Assembly (NCBI GenBank): GCA_963695345.1
Contig: OY968769.1
Span: forward strand, 1,536,001-1,600,000
Reading direction: 5' to 3'
DNA length: 64,000 bases
Origin: an uncultured Methanomassiliicoccales archaeon
GTDB lineage: Archaea; Thermoplasmatota; Thermoplasmata; Methanomassiliicoccales; UBA472
The notes under the pieces were generated by a model. The model was not told the DNA's origin. It made no database searches and saw only the letters and a program-made list of their open reading frames with translations. Shown here piece after piece: positions 30,102-40,728 of this stretch; position 1 is the stretch's first letter, and each line of letters begins with the position of its first letter. A program made the translations under genes and the position numbers.

Positions 30102-31837
30102 CAGTACTCACGCCCCTTGACCTCGAAAGTGCCCAGGCGAACGGGAGAAAGGGAGACCGACAATCCGCTTTCCCTGAACGAGACCATCGAGTGGCTCAGG
30201 AAATGGGCGTCGTCCCGCTTGGGAAAATCGGTCCGGAAATGAGAGCCCCTCGATTCCCAGCGATGAAGCGCGCACAAGCCGACCGATTCGGCGATCATGG
30301 CCATTCCTTCCAGTTCGAAGCGCTCCACCAGCGCCTGGTTGAATGATTTTCCTTTGTCCTCGATCGAGACTGCCTCTATCCTGTTACGAATGTCCCTTAT
30401 CTTGGCCAACCCCTTTTCCATCTGCTCCTTCCGACGGAAGATGCCGAAGCATGTCCACATGGTATCCTTCAGATCTTCCCGCAGACTGAATTGCCGATTT
30501 CCTCCTTCATTGCTGAGGATCGAATCGATCCGCTCCGACTCTTTGGCCATCTCTCCCTGGATCGAGGCGATGTCCGGTCCGGGAACATGCGGTTCGCTTT
30601 TCGACATGGTAACTCCCGCTAGCTTCCCGAAAACGAGTGTCTCCAGCAATGAGTTGCCGCCCAGCCGGTTAGCGCCATGAACGCTAACGCAGGCGCATTC
30701 CCCGGCGGCATATAATCCTGCCAGGCCGGTGGAGCCATCGTTCGCCACGTCCACACCTCCCATCGAGTAGTGCTGTCCCGGCTGGACCGGTATCGGTGCC
30801 GTCACCGGGTCGACCCCGGCGAAGTCCATCGATATCCGACGGATGCCCGGCAGCCTGGCTGCGATTTTTTCCTCTCCCAGCTGGGTGAGGTCCAGGTCCA
30901 CGAAACCGCCCTCCCGTCCGCGTCCCTCATCGATCTCCGTCTGGATGGCCCGAGCTACGATATCCCTTGGGGCCAGCTCCATGGCCTTCGCCGCGTATCT
31001 GGCCATGAACCTTTCGCCGGATGCGTTCATCAGGGTGCCGCCCTCTCCCCTTGCCCCCTCAGTTATCAGTATGTTGCTCCCGAACAGCGTGGTCGGATGG
31101 AACTGGACGAACTCCATGTCCTTCAACGGTAACCCTGCCCGCAGAGCCATTGCCGCCCCGTCCCCGGTGTTGATATGGGCGTTCGTGGAATGCGTGTAGA
31201 TCCTTCCGTATCCTCCGGTGGCCAGGAGAAGCGACCTCGATGTAAATGCCTCGATCTCCCCGCTGGCGATGTTCAAAGCCACGCAACCAACGCACTTGCC
31301 TTGAGCCCTGACCAGCCGGGTGACGAAGAACTCGTCATAGAATCCGATCTTCCTGGAAACGCACTGCTCATACAGGGTATGGAGGAGGTTATGACCGGTC
31401 CGATCGGCGGCGTAGCAGGTACGGGGAAACCCGGCCCCTCCGAACGGGCGTTGGGCGATCCGCCCCTCCTCGTTCCGGGAGAACACAGTACCAAGGTGCT
31501 CCATTTCGATGACCGCTTCTGGTGCTTCCCGGCATAAGATCGCCACAGCATCCTGGTCAGCCAGATAGTCCGCCCCCTTGACCGTGTCCAGTGAATGTGC
31601 CTCCCAGCTGTCCTTCCCTTTGGACAGGTTGTTGCTGAGCGCCGCGTTGATGCCGCCCTGGGCGGCCACGGAATGGGACCGGAGCGGATGGACCTTGGAT
31701 ATGACCGCAACGTCCTTGCTATGGTCGGCAGCGGATATGGCGGCCATGAGGCCGGTCAGGCCGCCCCCGACTATCACGACATCATGCTTGTGGATCAGAT
31801 CCGACATAGGAATGACCTGCGGCTCCTTCTGTTCCAA
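30101..31837 (-). CDS. sdhA: Succinate dehydrogenase/fumarate reductase flavoprotein subunit
   Basis: [10 protein letters not shown] (covalent-FAD His), [30 protein letters not shown]. Confidence 0.93.
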   Translation of the reverse strand: MEQKEPQVIPMSDLIHKHDVVIVGGGLTGLMAAISAADHSKDVAVISKVHPLRSHSVAAQGGINAALSNNLSKGKDSWEAHSLDTVKGADYLADQDAVAILCREAPEAVIEMEHLGTVFSRNEEGRIAQRPFGGAGFPRTCYAADRTGHNLLHTLYEQCVSRKIGFYDEFFVTRLVRAQGKCVGCVALNIASGEIEAFTSRSLLLATGGYGRIYTHSTNAHINTGDGAAMALRAGLPLKDMEFVQFHPTTLFGSNILITEGARGEGGTLMNASGERFMARYAAKAMELAPRDIVARAIQTEIDEGRGREGGFVDLDLTQLGEEKIAARLPGIRRISMDFAGVDPVTAPIPVQPGQHYSMGGVDVANDGSTGLAGLYAAGECACVSVHGANRLGGNSLLETLVFGKLAGVTMSKSEPHVPGPDIASIQGEMAKESERIDSILSNEGGNRQFSLREDLKDTMWTCFGIFRRKEQMEKGLAKIRDIRNRIEAVSIEDKGKSFNQALVERFELEGMAMIAESVGLCALHRWESRGSHFRTDFPKRDDAHFLSHSMVSFRESGLSVSLSPVRLGTFEVKGREY

Positions 31838-31969
31838 TGGTCTCCCTGGTTGTATAATCCTTTGCTATGGCCGCCGTGATCAGGAATAGATTATGTTGGA
31901 CCTCAAGGCCACATATAGAGAAGTCGAAGGTTCCAATGGACCCTATAGGGTCCGGATCTGGAACATTGC

Positions 31970-32236
31970 ATGATTCATCTCCAAGATAGTTGGCTAGGCA
32001 TAATCACCACCTTGGCCTTGATAATGGCCGGCGCGTTCGGGGCGATGATGCTATCCAGCAACTCGATGCTGCAGGAGTTCGGGTTCGCGTTGACCGTTGC
32101 GGTCCTGCTCGATGCGATGGTAGTAAGGACATATATCGTCCCGGCCGCCCTTTCCATCATGGGAAAGAAAGCATGGTGGGCACCGGGCATACTGCAACGT
32201 GAAGGCCGACGGGACAAGGGTGAGAAACAGGAGTGA
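31970..32236 (+). pseudogene. C-terminal fragment of an MMPL/RND transporter
   Basis: IMAGAF...EFGFAL.VAVLLDA.VVR...VPA...MG...WWAP matches the last TMs of MMPL proteins; only 88 aa. Confidence 0.7.
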
Positions 32237-32495
32237 TCCTCTCAACCATTTCTTTTTCTGGACCTCCTTTTTGGTCCATTTTTCTTAGTAATCGGTCATC
32301 CAGCTATTTCCGGACCTTTTTCCATTTCTCGAACGGATGTCAAAAAACTCATGGCGAGCTATGAACATCCTTCCAGATCAACAATTTGACCAATCCAGAC
32401 TATTTAGGATCATGAACGTCCGCTCGCTACCGATGGTTCATGAATCATGGGGCCAGCCGGGAGGCTGTGGAATCCGTCGGTTGTTGCCGGTTCGA

Positions 32496-33617
32496 TCAAC
32501 CTAGGTTGCCGACCGCGTCTCCCCGTAACCCCTTTCGGAACCGGGAACTCTGCTCGGCGATCTCGTTGAGATCTGATGGCAGCACCCTCCTGACCCGCGG
32601 CAGCTCTCCTGGATAGACCCGCACAAGCTCTCTCTGCAGATATTCGTGCACCAGGCCGGACGTTCTCAACCCTTCCACGCTCCAGTTATCCACAAGGTCC
32701 AGGACCGCGTCCCGTCCGGTACGGTAGAAGGCCTCCGCCAGCATCGAGGTGACGATGGTGTTCGTGGACATCACGGCAATGTCCGATTCCCGGACCGCCT
32801 GCTTGCTCCCGTTGAAGGATATCGCCAGGCCGCCGCCCTTTCTTACCAGATGCAATGCCCGGGCGTCTGTCCCGCTGTCGCCCACGTACATGCAGTCCTC
32901 GAGCGGAACGCCCATCTTCTTGCACACCTCGACGACCGATGAGGCTTTCTCCTCATCGCCGATCGTTTGGGTGTCCATCATGAGCTGGTAGCTCTGCATG
33001 TCGGTCATTTCGTTCCAGAAGATCTGGTCCAGTCTCTGGACCGTTCGTCTGGTGTCCTGAGATAGGTCGCGCACGCTCCGTGCCGTGCGGGCAACCTCCA
33101 TCAGCGGCATCCTGACTATGTCCTGCGCCATCCGTCTGAGCGATTCTGATTCCCAGTTGTCCATGCGCACCGTGTCCAGGGAGGCCTTTGTGCAGAAGGT
33201 GTTCTCGAAGGGGAACCCTATCTGGTCGCACACCGCGCTGACATAGTGTTCGTATGATGACGATACCATGAAAGGTGACATTATCTCCTGCACGAACCGC
33301 ATGGTCTTGTCCGCACCGGAGATGAGTTGAAGGTGGTTGCGGGAATATTCCACCAGCTTGGTATCGGTGCCGCCGTATGCCTTGAGGAACGGTAGCAGCA
33401 GCCGGATCTTGTCCCCGGACTTGTAGCCGTCCTTCTTGAATATGTTTGCCAGTATGTCATCATACTGGGTGAGGACATAGTACAGCTTCTCCCCGTTCTC
33501 GATGAACTCAGAGCAGAGCTCGAGGGCGATATCGTTCTTGGTGATCGGGCCCTCGCAGTCTGTAACGAATATCTTCCCGTCGAAGGGCATCATCTCTTCC
33601 AGTCCGTCAAATTCCAT
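32496..33617 (-). CDS. HAD-like hydrolase (EhaR-like family)
   Basis: FVTDCEGP..KND, SSSYE.Y, YVGDSGTD, AISFNG. Confidence 0.7.
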   Translation of the reverse strand: MEFDGLEEMMPFDGKIFVTDCEGPITKNDIALELCSEFIENGEKLYYVLTQYDDILANIFKKDGYKSGDKIRLLLPFLKAYGGTDTKLVEYSRNHLQLISGADKTMRFVQEIMSPFMVSSSYEHYVSAVCDQIGFPFENTFCTKASLDTVRMDNWESESLRRMAQDIVRMPLMEVARTARSVRDLSQDTRRTVQRLDQIFWNEMTDMQSYQLMMDTQTIGDEEKASSVVEVCKKMGVPLEDCMYVGDSGTDARALHLVRKGGGLAISFNGSKQAVRESDIAVMSTNTIVTSMLAEAFYRTGRDAVLDLVDNWSVEGLRTSGLVHEYLQRELVRVYPGELPRVRRVLPSDLNEIAEQSSRFRKGLRGDAVGNLG

Positions 33618-33691
33618 GTGTTACACCTCGAGGATGAAGTCGGCGTAGATCCGATCTTCCGGATGCGACCGATAGTCGGTCCCATTCCCTG

Positions 33692-34684
33692 TCATTGCTC
33701 TCCCCTCTCGAACCTTTCAAGCATCTTCCTGTCGGGATATCCATCCCGCCCGGCCATAACGACGCTTCGGGCCGCGGCCTGGGTCGCGAACTCCCCGCAA
33801 TCCTCCAGGTTCCATCCGCGGAGGATCCCCGCTAGGAATCCGGAGGCGTATACATCGCCCGCCCCGGTCTTGTCCAACACCTTTACTCGCTTGGCAGGGA
33901 TAAAATGGTTGCCGCCACCAGAGAACACGGTTGAACCGGCCGACCCCATCTTAAGGATTACCGTCTTCGGCCCCATGCGCATCAGGTCCCCCACGCCGGC
34001 CACCCCGTTCTGCCCGGTGAGCGAACGCAGTTCCCGTTCATTGACGAACATCACCGCCGAACGCTCTATTATCGGATGGACCGCGTCCAGACCCTTCTTG
34101 GCATACACCTCGCCCGGGTCGAAGGAGACCAGCACATCGTGGTCAAGTTTCTTCACCAGTCCGATCTGCTCCCTCAAGGCATGATCGCCGACGAACGATG
34201 AAATATGAACGATCGAAGAGCCATTGGCATACTCAACATCCTCCTGGGAGATGCCAAGGTCATCGTTGGCGTTGGGCAACAGTATCAACGACCGGTCCTG
34301 CTCGGCAATGAGGGAGATGCACGCGCCCGTCTCCGCGGTCCTCCTCACATGGGTGCAATCGACGTTCCCCATGGACCTTATCAGGAAATCTCCCTCCCGG
34401 TCGTTCCCGACCGTACCGATGAAACCGGCCGAGAACCCCATCAATGACATCGAGTAAACGGCATTGGCGGCCGAGCCTCCTCCGCTCCTCTGCAGAAGAT
34501 GTCCTTCCTTCTCCACCACCTCAAGGACCGAGCGGAACTGATCAGCGGTCCCGATGACCTCTCCGCCGGGAACGAAGGAACGGCCCGCTATATCGAGCTG
34601 CTCGACCTCGTAGATCAGGTCCTGGTTGAGTGAACCCACCCCGACGACATCCTTCATCCGTTCACCGAATGGCTCAATGGCCAA
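33692..34684 (-). CDS. PfkB-family carbohydrate/nucleoside kinase
   Basis: GGGSAAN, FDPG, NERE, DKTGAGD; the start may be 34657. Confidence 0.9.
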   Translation of the reverse strand: MAIEPFGERMKDVVGVGSLNQDLIYEVEQLDIAGRSFVPGGEVIGTADQFRSVLEVVEKEGHLLQRSGGGSAANAVYSMSLMGFSAGFIGTVGNDREGDFLIRSMGNVDCTHVRRTAETGACISLIAEQDRSLILLPNANDDLGISQEDVEYANGSSIVHISSFVGDHALREQIGLVKKLDHDVLVSFDPGEVYAKKGLDAVHPIIERSAVMFVNERELRSLTGQNGVAGVGDLMRMGPKTVILKMGSAGSTVFSGGGNHFIPAKRVKVLDKTGAGDVYASGFLAGILRGWNLEDCGEFATQAAARSVVMAGRDGYPDRKMLERFERGEQ

Positions 34685-34743
34685 TTAATGTATGCTAGGG
34701 GATGATGCAAATATACATCGATGTCGTTACTTCGATTGATAAC

Positions 34744-35235
34744 ATGCATCTTCACATCCGGGATGCCAAAGGATCGGATATCGAAGCGATCAATGACATC
34801 TACAACTATTATGTTCTTAACTCGACCTGCACCGCCCAGACCGAGCCGGAGTCGAGGGAGGGCCGGGAGAGGTGGCTCCAGGAGCATACCGGAAGGTACG
34901 CGGCCATCGTTGCCGAGGCGGATGGACAGGTCGTGGGTTGGGGATCGCTTTCCAAATATCATCAGCGTTACGCCTACTGGCCGACCTCTGAGGACTCAAT
35001 CTACGTCAAGCATGACCTGCTCCACCGGGGAATAGGCAAGATGCTCTTGGAGGCGCTGATCGGCAAGGCACGGGAGAACGGCTTCCACAGTGTCATGGGG
35101 GTCATATCCTCAGAACAGATGGCCAGCATCCGGTTGCACGCCCTTTTCGGCTTCGAGGAGGTCGGTCACCTGCGGGAGGTGGAGCTGAAGTTCAACCGCC
35201 GGCTGGACGTTACCTTCATGCAGTTGATGCTGTGA
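34744..35235 (+). CDS. GNAT family acetyltransferase (phosphinothricin acetyltransferase-like)
   Basis: I.DIYN.YV, R.AY....EDSIYV, RGIGK.LL, S.RLH..FGF..VG. Confidence 0.85.
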   Translation: MHLHIRDAKGSDIEAINDIYNYYVLNSTCTAQTEPESREGRERWLQEHTGRYAAIVAEADGQVVGWGSLSKYHQRYAYWPTSEDSIYVKHDLLHRGIGKMLLEALIGKARENGFHSVMGVISSEQMASIRLHALFGFEEVGHLREVELKFNRRLDVTFMQLML

Positions 35236-35236
35236 A

Positions 35237-36196
35237 CTAGAACAGATGGTCGTTGACCACTCTGGCTTCATTCCCGACCTGGCACCTGAGCGCTTCGATG
35301 CCCAGCCCGGCGATCCTTCTTGCGACCTCTCCGGTGTCCTCCAACCGGGAATTGATGTAGACCGTCGCACCAGTATCTATGGAGAAGTAGCATTGCAGGC
35401 CTTCCGCCCGCATCCTCTTCACCTCCAGTATGATGCTGACCGTTTCAGGCCGCCAGAGGAACAGCTCATCCACGCCGGTCATGGTGATCCCGTGCAGCAG
35501 TAGCGTATCCAGCTCGGCCAGTTTTCCGATCTGCTCCAGATCCCTGGAACGTATGGCCTCTTTCATCCGGGGTATGGCATCCTTGACATACTCCAGCCGG
35601 GCTTTGAAGAATGGCGAGGTGATCACCGTGCGATGCGCATCCTCAGTGGATTTGTAGGCGGGTACCAGTGCCGCCACGATGCCCATGTCCAGGTCCTTCG
35701 AGGATGCGATCTGGGCAGAGTAACTGCTCTGATCATCCCTTCCCGCATACCAGATGGAGAACCCGCCGGTCACCGCCCGGGACGCCGAACCCGCTCCTCT
35801 GCGTGCGAAACGCGAGACGCTCTCCAGGTTCAGGCCGAGGCTGAGAGCCGACGATGTGGCAAGCGCCAATGCCGCGAACCCGGAGGCACTGGCTCCCAGG
35901 CCGATGTTCGATCTGAAATTGTTTTGGGAGACCATCCTGAACCCTGACCTCTCTCCAGCCAGCTCCCTCATCGGGTTGACCACGTCCAGTATCCTTTGCG
36001 ATTCGTGAGGAGAGGCCGATTTGCCGTCGTACGCGCAGGTGTCCTCATCATATCCGAATTCGATCGTTGTGCGCGTCATCAACGGTGCGGTGCATACGGA
36101 GATCGAATCGTGATACGGTATCCTGAGCCGCTCATCCTTGAGCCCATGGTACTTTATCAGACCCTGGATCGGGTACGCTGTCGCCGTTGCTTTCGT
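35237..36196 (-). CDS. mvaD: Phosphomevalonate decarboxylase (haloarchaeal-type GHMP/MVD family); apparent ACG start
   Basis: Open frame upstream of the ORF-track start reads (T)KATATAYPIQGLIKYHG...IPYHDSISVCTAP; SNIGLGASASGFAA; YFSIDTGA. Confidence 0.85.
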   Translation of the reverse strand, partial: TKATATAYPIQGLIKYHGLKDERLRIPYHDSISVCTAPLMTRTTIEFGYDEDTCAYDGKSASPHESQRILDVVNPMRELAGERSGFRMVSQNNFRSNIGLGASASGFAALALATSSALSLGLNLESVSRFARRGAGSASRAVTGGFSIWYAGRDDQSSYSAQIASSKDLDMGIVAALVPAYKSTEDAHRTVITSPFFKARLEYVKDAIPRMKEAIRSRDLEQIGKLAELDTLLLHGITMTGVDELFLWRPETVSIILEVKRMRAEGLQCYFSIDTGATVYINSRLEDTGEVARRIAGLGIEALRCQVGNEARVVNDHLF

Positions 36197-36205
36197 CGGT
36201 CCACC

Positions 36206-36610
36206 TCATATGTCGAATATCACCGTGACCGAAGGTTCCTCCGTGTCCACCTTCAGCATATGGTACGTGATGGCCTTGATCTCGGTCTTCGGCTGGTGCT
36301 TCTCCAGGTCGAGCCGTTCTCCTCTGGCCTTACATCTGATCTTGAAACCGTCGATGGTCACGTCGAACTCGCTCAGCACCAGTCGGGTCACGTCGTGCAC
36401 GAACAGGAACTCAGAGAGGAAGTTGTAGAGAAGGGATTCGTGGTCATGCCCTTCCTGGACAATGTCGACCTCCTGCGTCGGAACGATCGTGGTGGCATCC
36501 ACCATCGTGTTGAAGAGCGCATAGGCGGCGTTGCCGTAACACTCCTCCAGTGTCCCGCCGTATGCTTTGATCATGACGTCGGCGGTGTGCTCCAGCTGTT
36601 CGTATCTCAT
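36206..36610 (-). CDS. Archease
   Basis: YE.LEHTAD, EIKAITYH, VIFDI. Confidence 0.93.
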   Translation of the reverse strand: MRYEQLEHTADVMIKAYGGTLEECYGNAAYALFNTMVDATTIVPTQEVDIVQEGHDHESLLYNFLSEFLFVHDVTRLVLSEFDVTIDGFKIRCKARGERLDLEKHQPKTEIKAITYHMLKVDTEEPSVTVIFDI

Positions 36611-36985
36611 ATCGTTGCGTGGTAGGCATGATGTCGATTATATAGGCTTTGATGCTCATATTGTGGGTCTGGACCCTTTGATGGACCCGCATTTATGATG
36701 TCCAGAGATGGCTCGCCAACTTTAAGATTTCATGTGTTGTCGTCCATATTCGACACAGTCCATTGCGATGGCCGCATCAGAAACGAAGGATAGGGTTCTT
36801 GCTTACTGGAAGACCTTACTCGTGGTGGTTCTCCTCAATATCATGTGCTCCATATTGATGGACGAATTTAGGAAGTTACCAAGGTCGGGTTACAATAATT
36901 ATTTAATTTTGCATATCTCCGATTATCAAATGTCGATGTTTCTCGAATAGAGTATAAATGGTCAAATCGTTGTTTTTTATCTACG

Positions 36986-38227
36986 ATGAGTCAAACATAT
37001 GACCGGGATAAGCTTCTGAGTGACACCCTTCATTTCATTGCCCAGCAAGGGTGGCTGGAGACGGGCAAGCCGTTCCCTGTCTCCCTTGTTGAATTCTTAG
37101 GAAAATCCCTGGATGTGGAATATGTGCTCATCGATGAATTGATGCCTTCAGGAACTAGGGCGAAGACGATAGCGCTCTTTGCCAACGGTTCTGTCGTTCA
37201 TGATATCGAGTATGATCTGGAAAATACTCCCTGCGAGAACGTCATGGACAAACGATTGTGCGTCTATTCACATGACCTGCAATCTTGCTTTCCCAACGAC
37301 GAGCTTCTGGTAACGATGAAGGCCGAATCTTATATGGGCATACCCCTCTGGGACTCCAAAGGAACTCCGTTGGGTCTGATCGCCATATTGGACAAACGAT
37401 CCTTCCATGGCGAAGATGTAATGAAAGAGGTTCTTCAGTTGGTGGCATTGCGCACCGCACACGAACTCGAACGTCGTCGTGACAGCGCGAAACTGACCGA
37501 ATACTACAGTCAGTTGGAGGCCACGGTCAAAGAGCGGACCACCGACCTTCAGAAAGCATATGACGGTTTGGCAGAGGCGAATGCCGAGATCAATATAATC
37601 AACGACAAATTGAACATCGTTTCCGGGATCACCCGACATGACATTTCAAACCAGATCATGGCGTTGAAGGGCAACCTTCTCCTGCTCCAACAATACCAGG
37701 CCGATAACAGGGTCAAAGAGCTCTGCTCGAGGATGGAACGGTCGGTTGACATAATCTCCAGAACGATCGAAATCGCTAGAGACTATGAGACCACCGGGGT
37801 GAACGCTCCTTGCTGGCAGGAGATCGCTCCACTTTTGTACAAGTTGCCTAGCTCCATAGTGTCCGTGGACCCAAGCCTGCACGGATTGTCGCTGTTCGCA
37901 GACCCATTGCTAGAGAAGGTATTCTTCAATCTTCTGAACAATTCGGAGAAACACGGCGGGAATGTTGACAGGATAGAAGTCCACTGCATTCGGGAAAAGG
38001 ATGGATTGCGACTGGTCTGGCAAGATAATGGGAAGGGTATACCGATTCATAAGGAGGGGACGCTCTTCAGATCCCCTTCCAATAATGATCGGGTCCACGG
38101 GCTCTTTCTGATCCATAAGATACTGAACTTGACCGGGATTGATATCGAGGAAACCGGCATTCCGGGTACAGGAGCTAGGTTCGAGATGATCATCCCCTCG
38201 AATGTGTTTAGATATTCCATCGAGTAA
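36986..38227 (+). CDS. GAF-domain sensor histidine kinase
   Basis: TPCE.V GAF region, ITRHDI H-box, NLLNNS.KHG, DNGKGI, GARFE. Confidence 0.85.
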   Translation: MSQTYDRDKLLSDTLHFIAQQGWLETGKPFPVSLVEFLGKSLDVEYVLIDELMPSGTRAKTIALFANGSVVHDIEYDLENTPCENVMDKRLCVYSHDLQSCFPNDELLVTMKAESYMGIPLWDSKGTPLGLIAILDKRSFHGEDVMKEVLQLVALRTAHELERRRDSAKLTEYYSQLEATVKERTTDLQKAYDGLAEANAEINIINDKLNIVSGITRHDISNQIMALKGNLLLLQQYQADNRVKELCSRMERSVDIISRTIEIARDYETTGVNAPCWQEIAPLLYKLPSSIVSVDPSLHGLSLFADPLLEKVFFNLLNNSEKHGGNVDRIEVHCIREKDGLRLVWQDNGKGIPIHKEGTLFRSPSNNDRVHGLFLIHKILNLTGIDIEETGIPGTGARFEMIIPSNVFRYSIE

Positions 38228-38764
38228 GGAATTGGCACCGCTCCAACAGTCAAGTTACTCCAAAGTGCTAACACCGATACGTCTCAGGAAAGGATCGGAT
38301 TTTAATGCTGGAACGGACACGCATAAAAACAGGAAACGTAGTGAGTTGTCCAGTGGGTTGAAGTCCTTCTGCCAATGATTTCGGGGTACAGTTCAAACCG
38401 GCCCCGTTCATAGAGCGGAACGCGTTCCCTATGAGCACAGGATCTTCTGTGCCGTCCGTTCCAGGTAGCCCTTCCTCACCAGATATTTACCATACTCGTT
38501 CTGTTTAGTGTTGATGGCGCTGTCCCATCCTGGCATTGCCATAGGACCATGCAAGCGCTGTGCTCGAGGTCAGACCTCATCATCCTGACTGGAGATGTGA
38601 ACGCTCGTTCCCTAGTATCGACGGCTTCAAACGTATCATGTAAGTCGACCAGGTACGGTTTGTTCAGTTTTCCTTTTCTATCATCTTAAGGGCATCTGGA
38701 ATAATGCATGATTCCATCTGTCGATACGTCATTGTTATATCTCCGCTCCACGATTGTGGTGGTC

Positions 38765-39583
38765 ATGCGTCTCCTCATCATCGGAAGCGGAGCCATAGGC
38801 GCGGCATTGGCGAAGGCGATAAACGACATGCCAGAGGTGGACTCGTTCTACATCACTGACAAGAACGAGGAACGTGCCATGAAGAGCGTCAAGGGTTTCG
38901 GCAAGGCCAAGTTCATTTCATCCACCGATGAGAGCGTCAGGGCCCATCTGAAGAATATCGATCTGGTGGTCGAGGCCGCCAGCCAAGATGCGGTAAAGCA
39001 TTACGTGCCATTGATCCTGGGACATGGAAACGATGTCCTGGTCATGAGCGTCGGTGCGTTCGCGGACGATGAGTTCCGGGAGAAATGCTACGGCCTTGCC
39101 AAGCGAAAGGGCGGCCGCCTCTACGTGCCTTCAGGCGCCGTCTGCGGTACCGATGCGCTGCATGCAGCCTCGGCCGACCGCATCGATTCCGTTGAGCTGC
39201 ACAGCATCAAGGGTCCGAAGAGCTTCAAGGACGTTCCCTACCTGAAGGAGGTAGGGATCGACGTCGATACGCTCACCGAGAGGACCGTCATCTATCAGGG
39301 ACCGGCCCGCGAAGCGGTGGTCCATTTTCCCAAGAACGTTAACGTCTCCGCCACCATCGCATTGCTCGGCCTCGGGCTGGACAAGACCATGGTGACCTTG
39401 ATCTGTGACCCCACATGCGACTGCAACTCACACCGCCTGATTGTCAAGGGGGTCTTCGGGGAGATCGATGCCGAGACGGACAATGTGCCGTTCCCCTCCA
39501 ATCCTGCCACATCATACCTTGCGGCTCTGTCGGCCATCGCCGCCATTAAGCGCATCGCCGGGAATGTGTGGATCGGGGTCTGA
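38765..39583 (+). CDS. nadX: L-aspartate dehydrogenase
   Basis: IIGSGAIG, VEAASQ, MSVGA, PSGA..G.D, FPKNVNV, NPATSYLA. Confidence 0.9.
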   Translation: MRLLIIGSGAIGAALAKAINDMPEVDSFYITDKNEERAMKSVKGFGKAKFISSTDESVRAHLKNIDLVVEAASQDAVKHYVPLILGHGNDVLVMSVGAFADDEFREKCYGLAKRKGGRLYVPSGAVCGTDALHAASADRIDSVELHSIKGPKSFKDVPYLKEVGIDVDTLTERTVIYQGPAREAVVHFPKNVNVSATIALLGLGLDKTMVTLICDPTCDCNSHRLIVKGVFGEIDAETDNVPFPSNPATSYLAALSAIAAIKRIAGNVWIGV

Positions 39584-39639
39584 GGCGTTCGATCGTTGAC
39601 CTGGCATAGGCCGGGTCCATCCGGAAGGAAGGTTTCGTC

Positions 39640-40728
39640 ATGACAGAAAGGGGAAAGAGGATATTCAGCAAGCTCGCGGAAGAGATCGATGCCATCGTTC
39701 TGATCAACGGCGACGAACCGAACCTGGACATGGCGTTCTCCTATGCCGCCTGCACCGAGGCTGGGCTTTTCGAGGGGTGCGTCGCCGTCATCGAGCCGGA
39801 CGGAAATGTCCGGATGTTTTCAAGCGCATTGGAGGAGACCAGCGCCAGAAGGTCAAAGGCGGAGATCGAGGTCTTCCAGGGGATGGAGGACAAGATGCAG
39901 TTGATGAGGGAATCCTTCGGCCACGCCTCGAGGATAGGCATCAACGGGCGCGGACTCACCTACGCCAACCTCATGGACATCAAGAAGGCCGCCCCCAAGG
40001 CGGAGATCGTCGATGTCTCCTCGGCCATAGCCGCCTCGCGATTGGTCAAGGACCACGACGAGGTGGAAAGGCTGAGAAAGGCCTGCCAGATCGCCTCTGT
40101 GGTGGGTGAGGAGCTGCCGACGATCGTCAAGGAAGGGATGACGGAATATGAGGCCGCGGCCGAGATCGGCTACCGCATGATGAAGTTGGGCGCATCGGCC
40201 ACCTCGTTCACGACCAATGCCTCGTGGGGTCCGAACAGTGCTGAGCCACACCACGAGCCAGACGACAGCAGACTGAAGATAGGGGACATGGTGCTGTTCG
40301 ACTACGGCGCCTTGTTTAACAAATACGGCTCCGACGTCACCCGGACGTTCGTCTTCGGCAAGGCGGAGAAATGGCAGAAGGAGATCTACGAGATCGTCCT
40401 CCAATCACAGCTGGAGGCGATAGACGCCATCCACGCCGGAGCCGAAGCCAAGGAGATCGATGCGGTGGCACGAAGGATAATCGATGCAACCCAGTACAAA
40501 GGGCGCTTCATCCACTCATTGGGCCACGGGATCGGCCTTTCGGTTCATGACGGGGGACGTTTCTCTCCCTCAGCCGAGATCATCCTGGAGGAGAACATGG
40601 TGATGACGGTTGAGCCCGGCATCTATCTACCGGGCAAAGGGGGCGTTCGGATCGAGGACGATATCCGGGTCACCAAGAAGGGATGTGAGGTCCTGACCAC
40701 CGCCAAGAAAGAGTTCATGGTGATCTGA
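39640..40728 (+). CDS. Xaa-Pro aminopeptidase (M24B)
   Basis: PHH, DYGA..Y.SD.TRT, HSLGHGIGL.VHD, TVEPG, GGVRIEDD. Confidence 0.92.
   Translation: MTERGKRIFSKLAEEIDAIVLINGDEPNLDMAFSYAACTEAGLFEGCVAVIEPDGNVRMFSSALEETSARRSKAEIEVFQGMEDKMQLMRESFGHASRIGINGRGLTYANLMDIKKAAPKAEIVDVSSAIAASRLVKDHDEVERLRKACQIASVVGEELPTIVKEGMTEYEAAAEIGYRMMKLGASATSFTTNASWGPNSAEPHHEPDDSRLKIGDMVLFDYGALFNKYGSDVTRTFVFGKAEKWQKEIYEIVLQSQLEAIDAIHAGAEAKEIDAVARRIIDATQYKGRFIHSLGHGIGLSVHDGGRFSPSAEIILEENMVMTVEPGIYLPGKGGVRIEDDIRVTKKGCEVLTTAKKEFMVI

Noticed and set aside
38230-38700. Short minus-strand ORFs (e.g. MAMPGWDSAINTKQNEYGKYLVRKGYLERTAQKILCS) in an intergenic region
   Set aside because: No recognisable family and no supporting signals; possibly decayed remnants.
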